DNA from: Adineta steineri
Lineage: Eukaryota
Assembly (NCBI GenBank): GCA_905250115.1
Contig: CAJNOI010000004.1
Location: 292,204-300,540, forward strand
Direction: 5' to 3'
Length of the DNA: 8,337 nucleotides
Both the position numbers and the translations under genes were made by a program. The notes below the pieces were generated by a model. That model was not told the DNA's origin. It saw only the letters and a program-made list of their open reading frames with translations, and ran no database searches. Below, piece after piece: positions 1-8,134 of this stretch. How positions within the stretch are numbered: position 1 is the stretch's first letter; the number at the start of each line of letters is the position of its first letter.

Positions 1-72
1 GTGCACTTGAATCTGAGTTGCCCCGTGCACTTGAATCTGAGTTGCCCTTTATACTTGAATCTGAGTTGCCTC
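1..72 (+). repeat. 24-bp tandem repeat, 3 copies, possibly continuing upstream of the window
   Basis: 1-24 gtgcacttgaatctgagttgcccc; 25-48 gtgcacttgaatctgagttgccct; 49-72 ttatacttgaatctgagttgcctc. In frame it encodes LESELPRA / LESELPFI / LESELPRV. Confidence 0.9.
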
Positions 73-701
73 GTGTACAGGATAAGAAACCTTCTTTACG
101 CAAAAAATTAAAAAAGTCTCTATCGTTTCTTACTTGTGTTTTTCCTAAATATTATCGTTCATCTCAGGAAGAAAATAGTGATCCTCCACAGCTTTCCAAT
201 GAGAGAGAAGATGAGAGAGAAGATGAGAGAGAAGATGAAAGAGCAATGTCTGTTGAACCTTTCTCTCACATTTCCTCAAATCCACTTTACGAACATATAC
301 AAGAAATGGCACTCAATTTTACCCTAAAACAATTTCAAATTACTGTTAGTCCTGATATAAACATAAGTCACATTGCTTCAAGTATAGAATCAAATTCAAC
401 AGTAACTCATCTACAATTTGCTGGACGATTAGAAGAGACTGATATGACAACATTAATTAAAGCTTTCCGTAATAATAAGATAATATCTCATTTATCTTTG
501 GAAGAAATTGAGATTTCACTTCTTAATCTTCGTCAAATCTTCGATATGTCCTATGTTAATCGAACATTACATGTATTAGAAATTTATCATTGTACATCTG
601 ATTCTGACCGAGAGTTATTTCAACAAGAAATTAAACAGTCACTCTCTGAGAATCGTACTTTAGAAATTTTTTTTGAAAATCAAACGTTTAAACCTAATTA
701 A
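3..701 (+). CDS. C-terminal part of a protein with a weak leucine-rich-repeat/RNI-like region; 5' end lies outside the window
   Basis: The frame is open from base 3 (GCA CTT GAA TCT GAG TTG...) to TAA 699-701. The reported start at 18 is a TTG inside a repeat, so it is not a credible start. The C-terminal half reads ...NISHIASSIESNSTVTHLQFAGRLEETDMTTLIKAFRNNKIISHLSLEEIEISLLNLRQIFDMSYVNRTLHVLEIYHC..., with alternating 'N.TV/I..L.' segments reminiscent of RNI-type LRRs. Confidence 0.6.
   Translation, partial: ALESELPRALESELPFILESELPRVQDKKPSLRKKLKKSLSFLTCVFPKYYRSSQEENSDPPQLSNEREDEREDEREDERAMSVEPFSHISSNPLYEHIQEMALNFTLKQFQITVSPDINISHIASSIESNSTVTHLQFAGRLEETDMTTLIKAFRNNKIISHLSLEEIEISLLNLRQIFDMSYVNRTLHVLEIYHCTSDSDRELFQQEIKQSLSENRTLEIFFENQTFKPN
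201..240 (+). repeat. 12-bp coding tandem repeat (GAGAGAGAAGAT), 3 exact copies plus a partial copy
   Basis: gagagagaagat at 201-212, 213-224 and 225-236, then gaaaga; encodes EREDEREDEREDER. Confidence 0.9.
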
Positions 702-902
702 GTACTAAATTTAAATTATTTTTCTTATCTTGCTGTGCATTATTTTTATATTTCATTAGAAAAGATTTTTTATGTAATAATATGTTATTTTTATAAACAT
801 AAAGAACAAAATGATTTATTGTTAAAACAGGTCTATATCATCAATGATCTACATACATATTGTTACATATCGTCCGCGTCATATATGTTTAATGTTATCA
901 TT

Positions 903-937
903 TTCTGTTCTGTTCTGTTCTGTTCTGTTCTCTTCTC
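903..937 (+). repeat. TTCTG pentanucleotide microsatellite ending in TTCTC variants
   Basis: TTCTG x5 at 903-927 followed by TTCTC x2 at 928-937. Confidence 0.9.
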
Positions 938-1844
938 TATGTTCATATATATATGTTCTTTATCAGCTGTTCTCCTTTTATGACCTACTTCTATTAACCT
1001 ATATTTTTATTCTAGAAGATACAATTATTTTCTTCTCATTATAGTCATTGTTAACAACCAAGAAGAAGAAGTTTCTCGACTTCTTTCTGATTATTTTTCT
1101 TTTTTCATCCCCTGTATAAGTATTCACGATTTTTCGGAATAAAATCAGTTTATCCTCGATCATTCAATTTATCATACTATTTAACTCATGTTAAGAACAT
1201 CAAACACCATAAAACGCGGGTCTGAATGTGAGTGTGATTATCTATACTCTCAGTTGACAGCCATACTCACCCTGCAGCCATCTTGATCTGCGCGGACAAC
1301 GCTTATAGAAATGCCATCTTGGTTGCATAGCTATCGGATACTTGTATTACCTCACAGATCGGCGTGATTTGCGTGTATAAACCTTTAAGTTTTCTCCATT
1401 TGTCACTCAATCTTGAAGGTGAGTGAGGGTGTGAGGCCGGTGAATCTGAAATCGATACCCTCGTCCTTTAAAATATTTCTTCTGTAGAAAATCAATGCAT
1501 AGTATCATTTGAGTCTTGATATATTTCATTTTAGATGATTGGTTTCTCTGCCAGAAAGAAATATGAGTATGCACTTGAGTAACCTGAGTCCACATGCTGG
1601 CAAGTCATACTTGTATGATGAATATAATTACTAAGAAATGATTTAATCTTTTTCTTTTTTTGTAAATATTTTTATTTCATCAAAAATTTATTTTGTTAAA
1701 AGAGATTGACAACATTTACACTGTTTTTGATTTGTCATATTTTATGCATGATTATTAAGCAATATTTGCTGTAATAGGTGTTTGGCCAGTTGGTTGTTGC
1801 AGATTATTCACTGTACGTGGAGCAATAGCAGATAGTTTTATTCT

Positions 1845-2789
1845 CTAACATAATAATATCTTTCTGATTTTTGTTTTAAGGTTAGGAATTGTACCAAGAC
1901 ATACAAAAGGAAAGAGAAAATTTATATAATCAGAAAAAAAGCTTCCGTATACATAATATTGAGAACCAAAGCTCTTTATACCGATAATATAACGCCAAAT
2001 ACCTAATATAATCAAAGGAAAATAAAGGATATAAAATATTGATACAATAAATAAAAGTTGAAGCGTTAGTTTTCGATGCTTGTGCCAGTCTACATGTCGA
2101 TGTATACGATATCTGCGATAGATAACACGAACAATTAGTGCGATACTGAAGAAAGCAATACAGACAGATGAGAATACTCCATTTGTGGATAACTCGTAAA
2201 TAGCATATGCAGTTTGATATACACAACTCTGATATGCACAGTAATTTTGTGTATAATCAAATGTATTTTGACATGGTACAAAGAAATCTATTATCATATA
2301 GAGAAGAATATGATAACCAGCAACTACACCTATAGGTATGTAATGAAATAAAATACGATTCTTTGATCGTAAAAATCGCCGTTCATTAAAAATCATAATA
2401 TGCCGTTCAAGTGAAGCCCATCCGACTAATTTAGGTAATACTGTATATGATACAGTATCAATATATTTCCAAAGTTGACAAATAAATGGTACTTGTATCA
2501 AAACAATTCCATAATATAGACGATATAAAACCAATGGAATATCTAATACCAGCGCAAAAAGATTGATGATAAGACCAACTATGAGAGCATGGTTATGAAG
2601 TCCACGTCTGAGATTCTTATCAAATAGTAAATAATAGAGCACGAAAACAGAGCAAATAAATGATGCACAATTTGATATGAGATACATCCAGAATCTCCTA
2701 ATCAAAGGAATTTCATTTACACTTGTTCCACTATATGTTGGTACAGTTACAGTTGTGAGTACATTCGAATTACTGCTTGTATTTGACAT
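1845..2789 (-). CDS. Seven-transmembrane G-protein-coupled receptor, divergent rhodopsin-like (class A)
   Basis: ATG (revcomp of 2787-2789) to TAG (revcomp of 1845-1847), 314 aa and uninterrupted. About seven hydrophobic segments. TM3 end reads 'LVGWASLERHIMIF' (ERH in place of DRY). The EC2 region is cysteine-rich (CQNTF..YCAYQSC). A basic segment before TM6 reads 'YRRYRIHRHVDWHKHRKLTLQ'. TM7/C-tail reads 'FLFPFVCLGTIPNLKTKIRKILL'. Confidence 0.85.
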   Translation of the reverse strand: MSNTSSNSNVLTTVTVPTYSGTSVNEIPLIRRFWMYLISNCASFICSVFVLYYLLFDKNLRRGLHNHALIVGLIINLFALVLDIPLVLYRLYYGIVLIQVPFICQLWKYIDTVSYTVLPKLVGWASLERHIMIFNERRFLRSKNRILFHYIPIGVVAGYHILLYMIIDFFVPCQNTFDYTQNYCAYQSCVYQTAYAIYELSTNGVFSSVCIAFFSIALIVRVIYRRYRIHRHVDWHKHRKLTLQLLFIVSIFYILYFPLIILGIWRYIIGIKSFGSQYYVYGSFFSDYINFLFPFVCLGTIPNLKTKIRKILLC

Positions 2790-3342
2790 TGTTTAGATTC
2801 AGTAAGCTGAAGCAATGGATGACTATCTAGAAATATCTGTCGTAATCTATGAATTAGAGAATTCAACTTTTTCAATCTATTCTTCATTACTCATTTTCGA
2901 TCATATTCTATAAAATAGCATTTAAAAAAATGAATCATTTAACGGAAATGTTCGAAAAAACTATGGTTTAAATTTATTGTTTTAAAAAAATATAACCTAC
3001 ATATTCTTACCTTACTGGTGAAGCACTATCTAACGTAGTAGAAGTAAAATTAATAGAAAAATATTTCTTTTAGTTGTTCGTCTCATTATTTTCTATGTAT
3101 AGTTTTTTCCCATCATTATAATGAGATGAAAAGCATTGCCAGACTTTTCAATATAATTTTGAATATATTGCGATGATTCTATTTTAATTCATTTGATTAT
3201 TCCAGTGGAAGAAAATAATAAGATGATTGACGGCGACGAATCTATTGTAAGGGTTTCAATCAAATGGAAACAAATTGATCTATATATATATAAGACTAGC
3301 TGCGTATTTCGACTTCGAATGAGGATTGGACAACTTTATCTT

Positions 3343-3390
3343 GAGGGTGCGGGTGTGGGTATTCTTTTAATTACACTCACATCCACCCTC
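3343..3390. repeat. G/T-rich imperfect inverted repeat (foldback)
   Basis: Left arm 3343-3361 gagggtgcgggtgtgggta; right arm 3372-3390 tacactcacatccaccctc. The reverse complement of the right arm, gagggtggatgtgagtgta, matches the left at 14/19 positions; the outer 7 bp are perfect. Loop ttcttttaat. Confidence 0.6.
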
Positions 3391-3496
3391 CTTTTATCTG
3401 AACTTATATCTGAAGTATCTTCATTATTTTCTTTGAATAAAAATAAATGCTGCTCCAGTTTTATTTTCAGACAAGAGAAAAACCTTTTTTTTTAGT

Positions 3497-3520
3497 TTTA
3501 TTTATTTATTTATTTATTTA
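3497..3520 (+). repeat. TTTA tetranucleotide microsatellite, 6 units
   Basis: TTTA x6 read directly at 3497-3520. Confidence 0.9.
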
Positions 3521-3587
3521 TAAGAATAAATTTATTCATGAAGCACATTTAGATAAGTCGAATAATAGATATATTTCCAAATGCGTT

Positions 3588-5202
3588 TCAACGAATCCAT
3601 ATTCGAATATAAATAGGTCTGTATAGATTCCTTATAATAATACATGTGGATGGTAATTGTTAACGTAACCAATCGACAAGTTCATCGTTTGAATGTGATC
3701 CTAAAAGATTTCTATCTATCCGACGATCATCCAAACACTCAACAGTTAATGATTTAAGGTTTGGCATAGAATTGATAAGATCAAGAATGTTTTTTTGATT
3801 TTTAACTTTAATTAATAATGTTTGGCATTGAGTAATTAAAGATGAACGAATTAATTGAATAAATCTTTTCCTATTTAAAGAATAATATGCATTATTAAAT
3901 CTAAATTTCCGTAAGTCTATTCGGCGAACTGAACTACTGTGTTATTCGATAAACGGTGATTCCCAATCAGACCGTGACCATAAATAAAAGCGTAATGAAT
4001 AAAGTTGAGGTAATCAATCAAGTAAAAGTTGTAATTGTAATTGAATATTATCAAAACTTTTTTTATTATTTATATTAACCTCAATTGATTGAAGTCGATC
4101 AAGACCGGAAACAATTGAAAACATTGCTCAAAATTCTCATATGGATAAGCTGATTTTGTTGAAACACAAATATCTTTAGCAGGAAACTCAGAAAAACTAA
4201 AAGGTAATGTAAATATATTGATAGATTTATATTCAAAGTTGTTATTGGAAGAAAACCAAACAGCTTGGACAAACCATTCATGTTCATTTATCCGAAACTT
4301 TTTTCGATATGGATCGATGAGTTCATTTAACTGACTCTCCTTATCTTTGTTATTATATGCGTGAAAGGTGGTTTTCATTTGAAATATTTTTAATTTAGGT
4401 AAATATGTTCTGACTGATTCTTCCCAATTATTCCCATCTATATAGAGATTATTTGATTGAAATGATAAAAGATATACATTAAGTAAACTTGCTAAAATAT
4501 CTTCGAACACTTCCATTAAACTACTAATAAATAAAATCTTCAATCGAGGAATTTAATATATTGATTTAGGACACTCTAAGCGATCAGATAAACTTCGAAA
4601 CTTGATTGAAAGATGTTGAAGATAAGGTGTATATTTAGATAAATGAGTTAAGTGTGTCAATGATGAACTATCATTTTCATTAATGAAATATTTTAATGAA
4701 TTAGAAACAACTTTTGGATAAGGAAAATAACTACCATTCATTGAACGGATATTAAAAAAACAATATTTTAGTTTTGATAATGACCAGATTTGATTATAAA
4801 AATGTTCGACACGATATTTATTTGTTTCAACATTACCATCAGGCAAAATAAGACGTATCAGATAGTTAAGATATATGATAATGAAAGTGATTTTAAATTA
4901 ATAAATTCACGAAGTTAAAATGGTTGATTGAGAAAAAATTGAATTTGTTGTGGAGTTTCATCTTGATTTGAAAGATAAAGCGAAACAATTCGATTATTTA
5001 TTGATGAAATAGAGTTTTGACAGAGTTCTTCAAAACTAGTTTTGTAAGTTCTTCTCAAATCAAGATTACTTTCGTCTAGTTCTTGAAAAAGTAATTTATT
5101 AAGACGTGATTTAAGATCAAAGAAAGCATTATAAAGTTGAATGAATGATAAATGAAATAATATTTCCAATATTATTTCATTGGGTAACAATTCAAAATAC
5201 AT
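3588..5202 (-). pseudogene. Decayed F-box family gene with leucine-rich C-terminal region
   Basis: The N-terminus from ATG (revcomp of 5200-5202) reads MYFELLPNEIILEILFHLSFIQLYNAFFDLKSRLNKLLFQEL, an F-box-like motif. The downstream coding sense continues on the same strand across in-frame stops at 4915-4917, 4553-4555, 4014-4016, 3942-3944 and 3660-3662. Frame changes are needed near 4860-4885 and 4110-4120. The C-terminus reads ...DNIQLQLQLLLD*LPQLYSLRFYLWSRSDWESPFIE*HSSSVRRIDLRKFRFNNAYYSLNRKRFIQLIRSSLITQCQTLLIKVKNQKNILDLINSMPNLKSLTVECLDDRRIDRNLLGSHSNDELVDWLR*QLPSTCIIIRNLYRPIYIRIWIR*. Confidence 0.8.
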
Positions 5203-5474
5203 TTTATATAAATTATGTGTTGAAATTGAAACAAATACAAACGTTAATGTTATTATATAAATTCGAAATAATGAAGAGAAAGAGAAATTATGTTGTTGTT
5301 GATATCCTTTTAATATAATATTTACTTTGTGAGTGACTTTTTGTCTCTTTTTATCTTGTATGTAATTACAATACACGAATAAACCAACAGCATCATATAG
5401 CGTGTTCTTCGCCGTTCTGTTACATTTTGAAAGAATTACTTTTGCTCATTTATGAATTGACAAATTAAAGAATC

Positions 5475-5560
5475 TTGAGGATGGATGTAGGTGTGGAGTG
5501 AGTGTGTAGTAAACTAAATATTCACGCTACACCCACACATACATATACATCCTACACCGT
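5475..5560. repeat. G/T-rich then C/A-rich imperfect inverted repeat
   Basis: 5471-5510 aatcttgaggatggatgtaggtgtggagtgagtgtgtagt is followed by 5520-5559 attcacgctacacccacacatacatatacatcctacaccg. A further C/A-rich piece at 5604-5642 (gttacactctcacttctcacacaaccacaaaccctcaca) is also roughly complementary to the left part. Alignment was done by eye with gaps. Confidence 0.45.
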
Positions 5561-5850
5561 TCAACAACAGGGTGTGACTGTAGATGTCGTAGAACTCTCT
5601 TTAGTTACACTCTCACTTCTCACACAACCACAAACCCTCACATTTCGATAATTGCTTTCAGTTATGAATAAAAATAGCACTTCCTTTTACTAAAAAACGG
5701 TAGTAGACAGAAAATGTTTTTTTACTCTTACCTATTTATTTAAAGAGCATTTATTTTTGTCAACAGTTTCATACTGTATTCGATTTTGTCGATAGAGAAT
5801 CGATTGAAGTAGTAGAACAGAATCGCAAAAAAGCAAATTAAAGCACGTTG

Positions 5851-7674
5851 ATGTCGACAATTCGTATCAAAGTTCAGTTAGGAGAAGAGAAATCTCAACA
5901 TTCTTATTACGATCTTCAGCCGCTCAAATTCGTCTATATTATTGATTCTCCTAGTGCAAAAACGGTTGCTGATCTTATTCGAGTATTACAACAATATATT
6001 ATTGAAACACTCTTTACAGACAACATACATATTATTCAGCTGATGACAGACGATGGTTATATTCTACCCAACTCTGATACATGTTCTGCAGTATTCAAAG
6101 ACAATGATCGAATTATTTGCATCGATATGAAGAAATTTGTCAAGAACAATGAAAGAACACTAAAAGAAAAGGATCCATGGGTAATAGTTAAACAGTATGA
6201 TTCTAGTGATGATAGAGAAAAAGGAGTTCTTGTTGGTATAAACTGTCACGGAAAACTTTTTGTTAAGATGCTTCGAGCAATCAATAGTTTTGAACTTTAC
6301 CTATTTAGTATATCTGAACTTTTGGTTATAGCCAGAGAAAAACGAACGAGTAAGTTATTTAGAATATAAAACAATAAAGTATATCATTTTGCTCATGTCA
6401 TAGATACTCTTGTTGCACGACTTGATAGCATAAATGACACTGATCACGTTTCTGAATCATCAGCTTGGTTTGGTGAGGCAAATTGGGAATATGACTCTGT
6501 CTCTCCAACAATTTTATTTATTGTCTGCAGCGTGAAAGTGGGTTCAAATGATCAGCTTTGGTCAAGCAAATTAAGTATTATACTTGATAGGCATTGTATG
6601 CGTATTCGAAAAGGTGATTTGACACATTTAGCAAGCAATGAAGAAGAGTTAAAGAAACAACAATATGCGTATTACAAAGATTTAGTTGAACAATTGCCAC
6701 CACCAAAACGAACAGGTCCTGAAATACCTATAACCAAAATTCAAAGTCAGGAAGTAGTTACCTATGAATGTGAAGGTGACTCAGTTGTTCGTATGCATTG
6801 TGGAAATAAAAACACTATCATAACAAAACAAGAACACGGATTCAGAGATGATGAAACATTTTTACAATATTTTACCATTACTAACATTGTTATTTCAAGA
6901 GATCCATCAATCGTGCCTAATATCTCACAGCAAAAACATTCAGTGTCGACAAACAATCGTCTTTCTATTACTCGTTTTGTTGTTATGTATCAGGCACATG
7001 ATACTTTATGGCATGAATGTGATCAAGTTAAGATTGCACCTAGTACTAGATACGGAGAACCAGACTGGTACCGTGATATTACGCTCAATATTGAACCTGA
7101 TAAAACCATTTCTTTAACTATACAAGGAATGATCGTTGTAAATGGTGAAATTGGGATGGATTCCGATGGGCGAAGTCAATTACATAATAGTTTACCTCAG
7201 CCATTTAAAACAAAAATTATTATCCACGACAATACCGGAAAGCAATGTTCCTTGATTGTGGAGCAATGGAATAAACCTATTCAAGTTATCACCCGCGAAT
7301 CGTTTGTGGAACGTGATCATAACTCTATTAAAGAGTTATTAGCATTTATCTATGTCGATGATTGTAATGTAGATAAACGCATTTTTGCAGCTGCTTATCT
7401 AGATTATCGTCATCGTTTAGTTATTCATGTAAATAACTCACCACGTACGTTAGAATTGCAACATGTACGTACATTAGAATTTTATGCAAGACAAAATGGT
7501 TTTTTAGAATCGTCTTTATCGGCCGATCATTATCGCTCTTCTGATATACAATGCAATGCAATAGGTTTGTTTGATTCAAAGACTTATATGTTATATGCCA
7601 TTCGATTCGAACTTGCTACAAAAACTTCTACATATGAAGAGACTATACCGTTACCATTGGACAAAATACAATAA
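5851..7674 (+). CDS. Coilin N-terminal-domain-like protein, 2 exons: join(5851..6349, 6404..7674), 589 aa; C-terminal region unassigned
   Basis: ATG at 5851 (the track's 5848 start is TTG). A consensus donor gtaagt at 6350 and acceptor tag at 6401-6403 define a 54-nt intron. Splicing joins ...AREKRT-N-TLVARLDSINDTDHVSESSAWFGEANWEYDSVSPTILFIVCSVKVGSNDQLW... in frame with the track ORF at 6532. Exons total 1770 nt = 590 codons including TAA 7672-7674. Residues 'KTVADLIRVLQQYIIETLFTDNIHIIQLMTDDGYILPNSDTCSAVFKDNDRIICIDM' resemble the coilin N-terminal pattern (VxDLIxxIRxxF...L.L.ddG.LLPP.ES...vrDnD.l.V). Confidence 0.72.
6350..6403 (+). other. Predicted 54-nt spliceosomal intron
   Basis: gtaagttatttagaatataaaacaataaagtatatcattttgctcatgtcatag. 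It contains the in-frame stop that ends the 5848-6369 ORF, and removing it restores one continuous frame. Confidence 0.8.
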
Positions 7675-7952
7675 TGAATAATTTTCTCTTTCGTTTCACT
7701 GATTGAACGTTCTAAAAACAGGTTCCGATTTACTGTGCATACACGGAGTGCAGAACTGAAAACATTAATATGGAAGTTTTATATATGAAATTATTGTAAT
7801 GATTAATGTTACTCATTCGAAGTTTTGCAGATAGCATCACTTATTCTCTTTTAGGAGATATAGCATCTTCAAAATTTCAAATATGTAACGCTACTCTATT
7901 CGTAAAATAAATTTCCCATATTACTCTTTTAAATGTTGCATTATTTCTAATT

Positions 7953-7971
7953 ATAATAATAATAATAATAA
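7953..7971 (+). repeat. ATA trinucleotide microsatellite
   Basis: ataataataataataataa read directly. Confidence 0.9.
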
Positions 7972-8018
7972 CGTCCCATAGGCTTATCGCCCGTAGGGGC
8001 CGGCCGCGGTTATTATTA
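7963..8018. repeat. Short inverted repeat enclosing a GC-rich core
   Basis: taataataac (7963-7972) and gttattatta (8009-8018) are perfect 10-bp reverse complements. They flank the 36-nt core gtcccataggcttatcgcccgtaggggccggccgcg. Confidence 0.6.
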
Positions 8019-8073
8019 AGTTTTCCACATGCAGTTGGGTTCTTTCGTCTTTTTCTTTTTACAGACGGCGGGC

Positions 8074-8134
8074 GGGTGTGGGTGTAGGTGAGTAAGAGTG
8101 TCTTCCTCATCCACACTCACCCACACCCACACTC
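8074..8134. repeat. G/T-rich imperfect inverted repeat with TGTGGG/CCCACA hexamers
   Basis: Left arm 8074-8096 gggtgtgggtgtaggtgagtaag; right arm 8112-8134 cacactcacccacacccacactc. The reverse complement of the right arm, gagtgtgggtgtgggtgagtgtg, matches the left at 19/23 positions. CCCACA occurs twice in tandem at 8120-8131. Confidence 0.7.

Noticed and set aside
844-1044. 66-aa and 82-aa plus-strand ORFs at 735-1044
   Set aside because: Their apparent Ser/Val/Leu/Phe/Cys-rich stretches come from the TTCTG/TTCTC microsatellite read in two frames.
1407-1595. 62-aa minus-strand ORF
   Set aside because: It is short, low similarity to any family I recognise, and its C-terminus is the translated CA-rich repeat (HRPHTLTHLQD).
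1930-2226. 98-aa minus-strand ORF inside the GPCR
   Set aside because: It lies in an alternative frame inside a continuous 314-aa receptor ORF.
3193-3495. 100-aa plus-strand ORF with a hydrophobic stretch
   Set aside because: It starts at a non-ATG codon, overlaps the foldback repeat, ends in a low-complexity T-run and has no recognisable domain.
3588-5202. Reassigned stop codons or an intron-rich gene as an explanation for the fragmented F-box locus
   Set aside because: Both TAA and TGA interrupt it, frameshifts are also required, and neighbouring genes (GPCR, coilin-like) use standard stops over long open frames. The stops lack convincing flanking splice sites.
6762-7117. Overlapping ORFs inside the coilin-like exon 2 (6762-6956 minus, 6848-7117 plus)
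   Set aside because: They are shadow ORFs of the longer, better supported frame.
7877-8116. 79-aa minus-strand ORF
   Set aside because: It is composed of the ATA microsatellite (poly-Ile), the GC-rich core and the G/T foldback; nothing protein-like remains.
8120-8131. True telomere end or CRISPR-like array
   Set aside because: There are only two exact CCCACA units, with no terminal array and no regularly spaced direct repeats with unique spacers anywhere in the window.
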